DNA from: Gloeobacterales cyanobacterium
Lineage (GTDB): Bacteria; Cyanobacteriota; Cyanobacteriia; Gloeobacterales; PMM-0068
Assembly (NCBI GenBank): GCA_038245785.1
Contig: JBBRSB010000045.1
Coordinates: 1-21,579, forward strand
Length of the DNA: 21,579 bases
Reading direction: 5' to 3'
The notes below the pieces were generated by a model. The model did not search any database and was not told the DNA's origin. It saw nothing but the letters and a program-made list of their open reading frames with translations. The position numbers and the translations under genes are program-made. This document shows, piece after piece, positions 8,640-17,417 of this stretch (within the stretch, counting starts at the first letter, position 1; each line of letters starts with the position of its first letter).

Positions 8640-8730
8640 ATCTGGCATCAACACAATCAACAAAGTTATAACGTCTCTCATTACAACGGCGATAGGCAAG
8701 CGTAAGATTATCAACTTCGTCGGAACCACT
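8638..8730 (-). pseudogene. HNH endonuclease fragment
   Basis: Reads SGSDEVDNLTLAYRRCNERRYNF, resembling the GGSD..DNLALACRRCN HNH core. Its stop overlaps the attC-like R'' box and no start is evident. Confidence 0.6.
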
Positions 8731-8910
8731 ATCTCAACCGAAACCTTTCAGGTAATTCAATTATGGGGGTAACAGATAACTTTTCTCTGATGCCCCGACC
8801 TACGCTCGAAGACAGCTAATCAACAGGGAGCTTAGTTAGATTCATTTCCACAGCCTTAGCTTAAACTTAGGATGCCAGTAGATATATTCAAACTCTGACC
8901 TAACCTCTAA

Positions 8911-11100
8911 CTACTTTTTACCCAGCTTGAAAATGCTGACGGACAGAGGCGGAATGCGCATCCCTAAAGAATAAGGTTGGCCATGGTATCCTTTTTCATC
9001 AGCTTCTAAGCCCCCCATATTTCCCTGGTTAGAACCCCCATAAATTTCGGCATCACTATTGAGCAGTTCCTGATAGAAGCCTTTCTGCGGTACTCCTATT
9101 GGGTAATGGTCGTAAAGATTGGCAGAGAAGTTGCACACAAATAGGAGGAAATTTTTACCACCCTCTGTTTGGCGAATGAACGAAATCAAGCTAGCATCCC
9201 TATCGTCACAATTTACCCAATAGAAACCCCCATCAGTATAGTCTCCTTCATAGAGGGCAGGCTCTGAACAATACAGGTGATTCAAATCTGCATTAAACTT
9301 TTGAAGCTTTTGATGAGCAGGATACTTGAGTAAGTGCCAGTCGAGAGAAGTCCAAACATTCCACTCATTCGCCTGACCAAATTCCATGCCCATGAAGATG
9401 TTCTTTTTGCCAGGATGACCATACATAAAGCCAAACAAAGCTCGAACGCTGGCAAACTTTTCCCATTCATTGCCTGGCATCTTGTAGAGCAGGCTACTCT
9501 TGCCGTGCACTACTTCATCATGAGACAGCGCTAATACGTAGTTTTCCGAGCGATAGTACATGATTGAGAAAGTAAGCTTATTGTGATTGAACTTGCGGTC
9601 ACTAGGATGCACAGAAAAATATTCTAAATTGTCATGCATCCAGCCCATATTCCACTTCAAATTAAAGCCTAGTCCCCCTGTGCTCGTGGGCCATGTAACC
9701 ATAGGCCAGGCCGTTGATTCTTCGGCAATCGAAAGAGCTCCTGGGAAGTAATCAAAAATTAGATAGTTGAGCTGTTGCAAAAACTGAATTGCTTCTATAT
9801 TTTCTCGTCCCCCATATTGATTGGGGACCCATTCACCTGCTTCTCGTGAGTAGTCTAGGTAAAGCATAGAGGCAACTGCATCTACTCGAATACCGTCAAT
9901 ATGGTATTCATCAAACCAATAGAGGACATTAGCGACCAAATAATTACGGACTTCATTACGCCCGTAGTTGAAAATCAGGGTTCCCCACTCTTTATGTTCA
10001 CCTTTTTTCGGATCAGCATGTTCAAAGAGACAGGTTCCATCAAACTGTCTCAACCCATGATCATCTTTAGGGAAGTGTCCGGGTACCCAATCTAAAATTA
10101 CGCCAATCCCTTCTTGGTGAAGATGATCCATGAAGTACTTGAAGTCTGTGGGCGTACCATAGCGTGAGGTAGGAGCATAATGCCCAATCACTTGATAGCC
10201 CCAAGAGCCATCAAAGGGATGTTCTAAAACGGGCATCAGCTCAATATGGGTGAATCCTTGTTGTTTAACGTAGGCACTCAGTTTTGGGGCAAGCTCACGA
10301 TAGGTTAAAAATCTATCGCCTTCCTCCGGAACATGCATCCATGAACCCAGATGGAGCTCATAGATTGAAATAGGACGTTTTAAAGGGTCTGTTTTTTTTC
10401 TGGTTTCTAACCACGCCTGATCATTCCAAACATAGGAAAGGTCTGTGACAATAGATGCGTTTAATGGACGAACTTCCTGCTGAAAGCCAAAGGGATCTGT
10501 TTTTTCGTGGAAATACCCGTCGGTATTTTCGATTCCAAATTTGTAGAGCTCTCCTACTTCTATTCCGGGAATAAATAAAGCCCAAATTCCTCCCCCAGAT
10601 AGCCGTTGCATCGGGTGTATCCGTCTATCCCAATGATTAAAGGCTCCAACTACACTAATACTTCTAGCATTTGGAGCCCAGACAGCAAAATGAACCCCCG
10701 AAACCCCTTGGAGGATGAGTGGATGAGCGCCCATCTTGTCATAAATTCGATGGTGGTTGCCTTCCCCGAACAGATGCTGGTCAACATCCGTAATCCACTC
10801 AGGTATGAAGGCATAAGGGTCCCCTATAAGTTGAGCTTCCCCATTACTCCTAATCACCTTTAGCTGATAAGGCAAGACTTCTTCGTCTAAGGAAACTTCA
10901 AAAAGGTCAGGATGGGCCGCAGAAACCATCGGCCAGCTGCGCTGACTATTTGGGTCGACTAAAGTCATGGACTGTGTATTTGGCTGATATGCCCTCACCA
11001 TCCAGACTTTGGGAGCAGCCTCTTCTTGGCCTGCCTGCTTATCTGTTGTTGTCCAACGCGGACCGAGAACAGAAAAAGGACTGGTATGGATTTGGTGCAT
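8911..11100 (-). CDS. glgB: 1,4-alpha-glucan branching enzyme (GH13)
   Basis: Motifs FAVWAPNA, IYELHLGSW, HPFDGSWGYQ, DWVPGHF, GIRVDAVASMLY, IAEEST and LSHDEVVHGK. Confidence 0.97.
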   Translation of the reverse strand: MHQIHTSPFSVLGPRWTTTDKQAGQEEAAPKVWMVRAYQPNTQSMTLVDPNSQRSWPMVSAAHPDLFEVSLDEEVLPYQLKVIRSNGEAQLIGDPYAFIPEWITDVDQHLFGEGNHHRIYDKMGAHPLILQGVSGVHFAVWAPNARSISVVGAFNHWDRRIHPMQRLSGGGIWALFIPGIEVGELYKFGIENTDGYFHEKTDPFGFQQEVRPLNASIVTDLSYVWNDQAWLETRKKTDPLKRPISIYELHLGSWMHVPEEGDRFLTYRELAPKLSAYVKQQGFTHIELMPVLEHPFDGSWGYQVIGHYAPTSRYGTPTDFKYFMDHLHQEGIGVILDWVPGHFPKDDHGLRQFDGTCLFEHADPKKGEHKEWGTLIFNYGRNEVRNYLVANVLYWFDEYHIDGIRVDAVASMLYLDYSREAGEWVPNQYGGRENIEAIQFLQQLNYLIFDYFPGALSIAEESTAWPMVTWPTSTGGLGFNLKWNMGWMHDNLEYFSVHPSDRKFNHNKLTFSIMYYRSENYVLALSHDEVVHGKSSLLYKMPGNEWEKFASVRALFGFMYGHPGKKNIFMGMEFGQANEWNVWTSLDWHLLKYPAHQKLQKFNADLNHLYCSEPALYEGDYTDGGFYWVNCDDRDASLISFIRQTEGGKNFLLFVCNFSANLYDHYPIGVPQKGFYQELLNSDAEIYGGSNQGNMGGLEADEKGYHGQPYSLGMRIPPLSVSIFKLGKK

Positions 11101-11184
11101 AGGGCGAGTCAGGATTACCGAGTAGCCTTATTGTAAGGGGATTACCCGACCAGTGCTAAATTCCTGTCTCCAGCCTATTTCTTA

Positions 11185-11214
11185 AACAAAAATATACTCA
11201 GGAAGCCCCTGAGT
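11185..11214 (-). terminator. Possible intrinsic terminator after the small ORF
   Basis: Minus strand ACTCAGG-ggctt-CCTGAGT followed by ATATTTTTGTTT. Confidence 0.45.
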
Positions 11215-11228
11215 TCAAAAACCCACTT

Positions 11229-11438
11229 CTAGTTACGCCCTGCTTCGTCTACTGGGTTCAGAGACAAGACCCCATCCAACATCCAATTCACCTGGAAACC
11301 AAGAGCAAAATAGCGTTGCGCACGACAGCGAGCGAGTTCCATTGGCAGCGCTTCTACGAACATCAGGGTGCTTTCTTCAAAGGCATGCATCGCAGCGGAT
11401 TGGGGACGGTCTTTGATTGGACGAAACTCAACGCGCAT
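11229..11438 (-). CDS. Small hypothetical protein (69 aa)
   Basis: ATG-start ORF with GC content higher than its AT-rich flanks and a downstream hairpin. Family not recognised. Confidence 0.55.
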   Translation of the reverse strand: MRVEFRPIKDRPQSAAMHAFEESTLMFVEALPMELARCRAQRYFALGFQVNWMLDGVLSLNPVDEAGRN

Positions 11439-11461
11439 AATTTACTCGCTAGCACTTTTAC

Positions 11462-11479
11462 TTTACATCACTTTACAAA
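11462..11479. promoter_or_regulatory. HLR1-like (RpaB) direct repeat
   Basis: TTTACATC-AC-TTTACAAA matches (G/T)TTACA(T/A)(T/A)-N2-(G/T)TTACA(T/A)(T/A) at 15/16 positions. Confidence 0.55.
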
Positions 11480-11660
11480 AGTTGTTTAAAGTTTTTAGTG
11501 CTGTGACATCTCCTAACAATTCCGTTATACGCCTCATTAGAAATAAAGATCCTTACTTCCTGAGATCTTTAAAAAACTTATTCACTTGCAAAAAATTCCG
11601 CGCCCACCCCATACTTAGCGATAATAGACGAAGCTCTTTACAAATCTTAGTCTGAAATCT

Positions 11661-12581
11661 GTGAACCTGCTTTTCCCTACCGATATCCAGACCCCCTGTG
11701 CCGTAGCCTTAGGGAATTTTGATGGCGTACACTTAGGGCATCGTGCGGTGCTCAAAGCCTCTCTGGAGGCTAAATCACAAGGTTTAATTCCGACTGTAAT
11801 TACCTTCGATCCTCATCCTCGGGCCTACTTTGGCGGACAGAAAGGTTTTTTACTTTCTAGTCTCCAAGAAAAAAAACATATTCTGGCGGAGTTAGGCTTT
11901 TCCCAGATTTTAGTCTTACCCTTTGGGTCAGAGCTGGCCCAAATGACTGCAGAGACCTTTGTTTTAGATATTTTGATTGGGTATCTCAAGACCAAACAAG
12001 TAAGTGTGGGCTGGAACTTCCATTTTGGGAAAGGGCGTGCGGGTAATGCTGCTTTTTTAGAGCGTGTATTGTCTCCTTTAGGGGTTGAGCTAAGTATTTG
12101 TCCACCTTTTTTATTAGGAAAGAAACAAGTCAGCAGTTCTGCCATTCGCAGTGCCTTAACCGAAGGGAACTTGGTCGAAGTGAAGACCTTCCTGGGACGT
12201 AACTATACCCTCTACGGAAAAGTTATTCATGGTGAAGAAAGAGGAAGAACCATTGGTTTTCCTACGGCTAATATCCAGATAGACCCTATGCGATTCATCC
12301 CCCGCTATGGAGTCTATCTGACAAGCGTTACTTGGGAAGGTCAGCAAAAAATGGGATTGACTAATATTGGTGTGCGGCCAACTTTTCAAGGGGTTGCTCC
12401 CTCTCTTGAAGTGCATCTCTTGGACTGGTTAGGCGATCTCTACGACAAGGAGCTAACCTTAGAATTCACAGATTTCATTCGCCCTGAAGTACAGTTCAAT
12501 TCAGTAGATGAGCTGGTTGCTCAAATTTGCAAAGACCGCGATAAAGCTCTCTCTTTAATTTCAGATATGCCCAAACTCTAA
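11661..12581 (+). CDS. ribF: Bifunctional riboflavin kinase/FAD synthetase
   Basis: Motifs ALGNFDGVHLGH, TFDPHP, VSSSAIR, GRTIGFPTAN, NIGVRPT and EVHLLD. Confidence 0.97.
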   Translation: MNLLFPTDIQTPCAVALGNFDGVHLGHRAVLKASLEAKSQGLIPTVITFDPHPRAYFGGQKGFLLSSLQEKKHILAELGFSQILVLPFGSELAQMTAETFVLDILIGYLKTKQVSVGWNFHFGKGRAGNAAFLERVLSPLGVELSICPPFLLGKKQVSSSAIRSALTEGNLVEVKTFLGRNYTLYGKVIHGEERGRTIGFPTANIQIDPMRFIPRYGVYLTSVTWEGQQKMGLTNIGVRPTFQGVAPSLEVHLLDWLGDLYDKELTLEFTDFIRPEVQFNSVDELVAQICKDRDKALSLISDMPKL

Positions 12582-12584
12582 TCA

Positions 12585-12863
12585 CTACTCGATAGATGAA
12601 GGCACAAAATCAAAAATAGCTTGGTCTACATCAGCACGACTCAAAGAGTAGGGAAAAGATAATACTTTGACTTCGTTAGACAATTGGTACTCTACCCGCA
12701 GTACGGTCTCTTCTAAGCATAAATCAGCAGACCACTCCGGATGATGGAGTTTCCAGCAGTGGGGAACTTCGGGATCCTGTTCACAGCCTCTACCACGAAA
12801 CCACTCTTCAAGCGTATGAAGAGGATGATTATAGAGAGGGGTTTTATCAGGAGGCAAGCCCAT
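12585..12863 (-). CDS. DUF3143-like cyanobacterial protein
   Basis: LPPDKTPLYNHPL...FPYSLSRADV motifs. ATG at 12863 is coupled to the J-domain stop. Confidence 0.8.
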   Translation of the reverse strand: MGLPPDKTPLYNHPLHTLEEWFRGRGCEQDPEVPHCWKLHHPEWSADLCLEETVLRVEYQLSNEVKVLSFPYSLSRADVDQAIFDFVPSSIE

Positions 12864-13297
12864 TACATTCCTCGAATAAAGCCAACAAAAAATACCAACG
12901 TAATGCAAGATACGAAAGCGAGTCCCAGAATGGACAGCGCAAATATCTCAGTGGGAGATAAGGGGCGCTCTTGAAGAACATCGGGAGGCATTGACTTGCG
13001 TGACGAAACCCTATAGCTTTTGCGCTCACGGCTACTAGAACGCTCATGGCCCTTTGAGGACGATGAAGAGGGAATAAGTCCTAACTTCTGGTCATAGCGC
13101 GCTCGCTTGACTGGATGAGTCAGCGTCTCGTAGGCTTCATTCAGAAGTAAAAACTTCTCTAGAGCCTCTTCCCGTTCTAAGCTCGTTGTATCAGGATGAT
13201 AGTCCCGACAGAGACGGCGATAGGAATCCCGTAGGGTCTGTTCCGATGCCCAGGGCGCGACGCCTAATATCTGGTAATAGTTACTACTTGTTTTCAT
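12863..13297 (-). CDS. J-domain (DnaJ-like) protein with C-terminal membrane helix
   Basis: NYYQILGV, HPD motif, LNEAYETL...RARYD and a hydrophobic C-terminus. GGAG precedes the ATG at 13297. Confidence 0.9.
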   Translation of the reverse strand: MKTSSNYYQILGVAPWASEQTLRDSYRRLCRDYHPDTTSLEREEALEKFLLLNEAYETLTHPVKRARYDQKLGLIPSSSSSKGHERSSSRERKSYRVSSRKSMPPDVLQERPLSPTEIFALSILGLAFVSCITLVFFVGFIRGM

Positions 13298-13407
13298 GCT
13301 CCATATGTTATGAATTGGGAAGAATTTGGTCGTAGATATAAGTTTTGTCAAGACCTCCTGACCATTTCATTAGTCAGCGTGGAAAGGATTTTGTAATATC
13401 CTTTACT

Positions 13408-14943
13408 TTACCTCCGCAAGGTCGAAATTCCAATCAGTATCCCTAAACTTCCTACCAAAGAGGTAATCCAATCGCCCCATTCCACATAGATCGTACGACT
13501 ATTCCGAGGATGAATGGTAGTTACAAGGGCTCTGTATTGATCACGAGGACTAAGTATGGCTGTTTCTCCCGTGGGATTGATGCTTCCCGAAGTCCCTGTA
13601 TTAGAAGCCCGCACCAACCAACGATCGGTTTCTACAGCTCTGAGGATTTCGTGCCCATGATGTTGGGCAGGCATCGCAGGACCAAACCAGCCATCATTCG
13701 TAACGGAGACCATCCAACCCGCTCCTTGAGCAACCTGAGTCCGAAAGCCCGAACCAAAGGCTGAATCATAACAAATTCCTGCGGCTACTCTTCCCAAAGG
13801 ACTATTGAATTGCTGGATCGATGTACCATCGGCAAGTTCTTGTTTGAGGGGAGAGAATTTTTGGATGAGGGCACCGAAGAACTGCTTATAGGGAATTTGC
13901 TCCCCTAAAGGCACAAGATGGTCTTTGTCGTACTGACCTTGGACCATCCCCGTTCCGTCTAGTGCAAATAGGGTATTGGATAGCTGGTCTTGTCTCTGGC
14001 CGAAGGCACCTAAAAACAAGGGAGTCTTTTCTTGGACTAGGGCTTTTCCGAGAGAGGAGGCCAGGGCTCTATCCCAAAGCACAGGAATCGCGGTCTCTGG
14101 AATAATCACCGCCGCAACGCCTTGCTCACTCAAGGCAACGTACCCTCTGGTATAGGTGCGGATAATTTCATTCAGACTATTGGGAGCCCATTTTTTTTGT
14201 TGTGAAATATTTCCTTGAACAATCCCTAAGGTCAAAGGGGGCTCTGTTTCTTGAAAAGTATTCAGTCTCCAAAGTCCATAGCCGCACCAAACTCCTAAGA
14301 TGACCGATGCCACTCCCGCAGGCTGCCAAGTTCTAGCCCGGATACTCTCGGCCCAAAGACCATTGACTGCTACCACTAAGCCCGTAAGTCCAGCCGCGCC
14401 GCTGAGATTGACCCCTTGTAATGCCCAGAGATTACTCGTTTGAGTGAGGGCTAAATCAGCCCAGGGGAAGGCAAGATCTCCTTGATGCCAAAACCAATGA
14501 AGACTCAGCCATAGGCCCACCCCAAAAATGATTCGCAGCGGCACAGAGCAACGCTTAGCAACCCAGGACATTGCCATGGCCCACAGCCCTATCGTCAGAC
14601 CTTCAAAGGCGCTAATCAGTGTCCATAGCCCCAAGGCAATGCCTAAGCTTGGCCACCAGGGAATCCCCATCCATTCCAGCGGATGAATGCCCAAGAGCCA
14701 CTGCAAAAGAATCAGGTGATAACCTGTCCCCAAGAGCCAACCAAGAAAAAACCCTCTTTTCGGTGTCACCTCTGGGGCACACAGCCAGAGCCCAATCAAG
14801 GCGATCCAGGCTAAAGGCCAGATATTGAACGGAGGAGCCGCCAGTCCTAACGCCACACTGCCTCCGACAACAGCAAGATACTGTTGTTGGCGTAAAGCGA
14901 TAGGAAACTGGACCTTAAGAACAAGAGCTTTCACTTCTTCCAT
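13408..14943 (-). CDS. lnt: Apolipoprotein N-acyltransferase
   Basis: Multiple TM segments, then VQGNI, IPETA, YDKDHLVPLGE, ICYDS, TNDGWF and RAVETDRWLVRASNTG. Confidence 0.95.
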   Translation of the reverse strand: MEEVKALVLKVQFPIALRQQQYLAVVGGSVALGLAAPPFNIWPLAWIALIGLWLCAPEVTPKRGFFLGWLLGTGYHLILLQWLLGIHPLEWMGIPWWPSLGIALGLWTLISAFEGLTIGLWAMAMSWVAKRCSVPLRIIFGVGLWLSLHWFWHQGDLAFPWADLALTQTSNLWALQGVNLSGAAGLTGLVVAVNGLWAESIRARTWQPAGVASVILGVWCGYGLWRLNTFQETEPPLTLGIVQGNISQQKKWAPNSLNEIIRTYTRGYVALSEQGVAAVIIPETAIPVLWDRALASSLGKALVQEKTPLFLGAFGQRQDQLSNTLFALDGTGMVQGQYDKDHLVPLGEQIPYKQFFGALIQKFSPLKQELADGTSIQQFNSPLGRVAAGICYDSAFGSGFRTQVAQGAGWMVSVTNDGWFGPAMPAQHHGHEILRAVETDRWLVRASNTGTSGSINPTGETAILSPRDQYRALVTTIHPRNSRTIYVEWGDWITSLVGSLGILIGISTLRR

Positions 14944-14973
14944 TCTCGCCTAAGGAGTTACGGATTTTGGCTT

Positions 14974-15399
14974 CTAAACTGTCAAAAGCTGAACTGTTAC
15001 CTTAAGAGTTTTAGCGGAGTAGGCCAGTGTCTTATCAGCGGTTACTAGGCATAAATTCTTCGAATCAGCTATGGCCAGATGCAGTGCATCCAAAGTGCGC
15101 AGAGGGACTTCCAAGAGACTAATCCAATCGCGGGCCTTTTGAAAGTGAACTTGCTCTAGAGACATACGGGTGTAAAGACCTTCTCTTGTGTGGGTCAAGA
15201 ATTGAGTCATAATTCGCTTTGCATCTGTAGAGGATAATTCCCCCTCCCGGACTTTTCGAGCCAGTGCAGAGCATAGTTCTACTTCAACCAGTTCACTCAA
15301 GATCGGACGAGCCTGTGCTCTCAGGATTTGCTCTACTTGTTCACTTAGAAGTTCAGGATAGTAGTAAGCGACCAAGACACTCGTATCCAGATATATCAA
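14974..15399 (-). CDS. PIN-domain VapC toxin
   Basis: IYLDTSVLV, VELCSAL, LRTLDALHLA and VTAD motifs. Start overlaps the antitoxin stop. Confidence 0.92.
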   Translation of the reverse strand: MIYLDTSVLVAYYYPELLSEQVEQILRAQARPILSELVEVELCSALARKVREGELSSTDAKRIMTQFLTHTREGLYTRMSLEQVHFQKARDWISLLEVPLRTLDALHLAIADSKNLCLVTADKTLAYSAKTLKVTVQLLTV

Positions 15400-15629
15400 T
15401 AGCGTTCCTCTTGACGAGCTTTCACAATCTCATCGCTTAGAGAAGCTCCTGTGATCTTTAAAGAATCCCGAAAATCTTTCAGACTAGGAAGCAAATTCTG
15501 GCTTTGGGGTGGAACCAAACGGGCTACTTCCTTGCCACGACGCAGCAGAATGATCTCTTCGCCTGCCGCAACTTGGTCTAGCAAGGCACTAAGGTTGCTA
15601 CGAGCTTCTTTAACGCTGATTCTCCGCAT
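15396..15629 (-). CDS. Phd/YefM-family antitoxin
   Basis: ISVKEARSNLSALLDQVAAGEEIILLRRGKEVARLVP. The likely start is ATG 15629. Confidence 0.92.
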   Translation of the reverse strand: MRRISVKEARSNLSALLDQVAAGEEIILLRRGKEVARLVPPQSQNLLPSLKDFRDSLKITGASLSDEIVKARQEERY

Positions 15630-15641
15630 CGCATTCCAGAG

Positions 15642-15664
15642 AGTGTACATCTTAAGTGTACGCT
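15642..15664. promoter_or_regulatory. Putative TA operator (tandem TGTACA/TGTACG)
   Basis: AGTGTACATCTTAAGTGTACGCT lies just upstream of the antitoxin. TGTACA cores are typical of Phd/YefM operators. Confidence 0.6.
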
Positions 15665-15795
15665 AAACTCCATTGTGTAGGTTCTCAAAAATCTCATGAG
15701 TTGAGCCAATCGCTATGTTGCTTCAATCCTGAGATAACTTAATTGTTACGCTAGTCTATAACCCCATGCACAGATGAATCGGTGGAGCGCTTCCT

Positions 15796-17367
15796 ATGAG
15801 CATTACAGACGATCACTATGACCTGATCATTATTGGTACAGGAGCTGGCGGAGGGACTTTAGCCTATCAACTAGCGCCCACAGGCAAGAAGATTCTCATT
15901 TTGGAGCGGGGCGGATTTTTGCCGAGAGAAAAAGCTAACTGGAATGCCGCAGAAGTCTATCAGAAAGAGCGTTATCACACAGAGGAAGTCTGGTATGACA
16001 AAGGTGGGCAAGCATTTCGTCCAGGAACGGGCTATTGGGTAGGAGGCAATACCAAGGTCTATGGCGCAGCACTTTTACGGATGCGGGAGAAGGACTTTAA
16101 AGCGGTTACGCACCAAGATGGCATTTCTCCAGCGTGGCCCCTTAGCTATCAAGATTTTGAACCTTACTATACTAAGGCGGAGAAACTCTATGATGCCCAT
16201 GGCCAAGCAGGGTTAGACCCCACGGAGCCAGCCAGGAGTCAGGCCTATCCCTATCCTGCGGTCAGTCATGAACCTCGGATGCAGGAAATCTGTGAGGGTA
16301 TCCAGCAACAAGGGCTGCATCCTTTCCACTTACCTCTGGGGCTGAAACTCAATGAAGTGGACCAGAGGCTCAGTACCTGCATCCGCTGTGACACCTGCGA
16401 TGGTTTTCCCTGTTTGGTGCAGGCCAAAGCGGATGCCGAACTCAATGGGGTGCGTCCGGCTCAGGGGTATCCCAATATCACGTTGATGACGGATGCAAAG
16501 GTCTTGAGGTTACACACCAGTGTCTCCGGTCGAGAAATTACGGGCGTAGAGACTGTCGTGGCGGGTCAATCTCATCTGTTTGCAGGAAGTATTGTGGCGG
16601 TGTGTTGTGGAGCCATTAATTCTGCAGCCCTACTCTTAAGATCTGCGAATGAACAACATCCCAAGGGCCTAGCCAACAGCTCAGACCAAGTGGGACGCAA
16701 CTTCATGAAGCACCTGTCCACGGCTATGGTTGCGCTTAGTGCCAAACCCAATCCTGCCATCTATCAAAAAACGATTGCCGTCAGCGATTTTTACTGGGGA
16801 GAACCAGATTTCCCTTACCCGATGGGACTTGTACAGAATACGGGCAATGTCCTCAAAGATATGATTCCTGCAGAGGCCCCGCCGCTACTGGCTCCCCTTA
16901 CAAAACTAGCCCCAGGATTTAGCTTAGAGCTAGTCGCAGAGCGCTCTACAGGTTGGTGGCTGCAGACGGAGGACTTGCCAAACCCAGACAATCGGGTCCG
17001 CGTGGCTGGAGACAGGCTGCAATTGGACTACATTCCCAACAATACGAGGGCGAGGGATCGTTTGATTCAGCGCTGGACTTCTGTGCTTAAGGCTGTAGAC
17101 AAAACTACAGAGCACGTTATTCCCTTTGGCATCTACCCCCGCAACACAATCCCATTGCAAGCAGTCGGTCACCAGTGTGGCACCTGCCGTTTCGGAGAAG
17201 ATCCGATGAGTTCGGTGCTGGATCTCAACTGTCGCACCCACGATATCGATAACCTCTACGTTGTGGATGGTGGTTTCTTTCCTTCAAGTTCTGCTGTCAA
17301 TCCGACCTTGACGATTATTGCTAATGCCCTCCGGGTCGGGGAGCACATACAGGAACGCGTGCAGTAG
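15796..17367 (+). CDS. GMC family FAD oxidoreductase
   Basis: GTGAGGG Rossmann motif, VGGNTKVYGA, CIRCDTCDGFPC, HQCGTCRFG and NPTLTIIANALR. Confidence 0.93.
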   Translation: MSITDDHYDLIIIGTGAGGGTLAYQLAPTGKKILILERGGFLPREKANWNAAEVYQKERYHTEEVWYDKGGQAFRPGTGYWVGGNTKVYGAALLRMREKDFKAVTHQDGISPAWPLSYQDFEPYYTKAEKLYDAHGQAGLDPTEPARSQAYPYPAVSHEPRMQEICEGIQQQGLHPFHLPLGLKLNEVDQRLSTCIRCDTCDGFPCLVQAKADAELNGVRPAQGYPNITLMTDAKVLRLHTSVSGREITGVETVVAGQSHLFAGSIVAVCCGAINSAALLLRSANEQHPKGLANSSDQVGRNFMKHLSTAMVALSAKPNPAIYQKTIAVSDFYWGEPDFPYPMGLVQNTGNVLKDMIPAEAPPLLAPLTKLAPGFSLELVAERSTGWWLQTEDLPNPDNRVRVAGDRLQLDYIPNNTRARDRLIQRWTSVLKAVDKTTEHVIPFGIYPRNTIPLQAVGHQCGTCRFGEDPMSSVLDLNCRTHDIDNLYVVDGGFFPSSSAVNPTLTIIANALRVGEHIQERVQ

Positions 17368-17417
17368 TGAGCCGTTCAGCAGCCCAGTAAAAGCCTAGTA
17401 AAAAATGAGAAAACTCT

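Noticed and set aside
11368..11655. 95-aa plus ORF upstream of ribF
   Set aside because: AT-rich promoter-like region with no recognisable motif; overlaps the better-supported minus ORF.
13298..13351. Longer TTG start for the J-domain gene
   Set aside because: That TTG is part of a TTGACA hexamer that may be a -35 box (the matching -10 is weak). ATG 13297 has an RBS and directly precedes the J domain.
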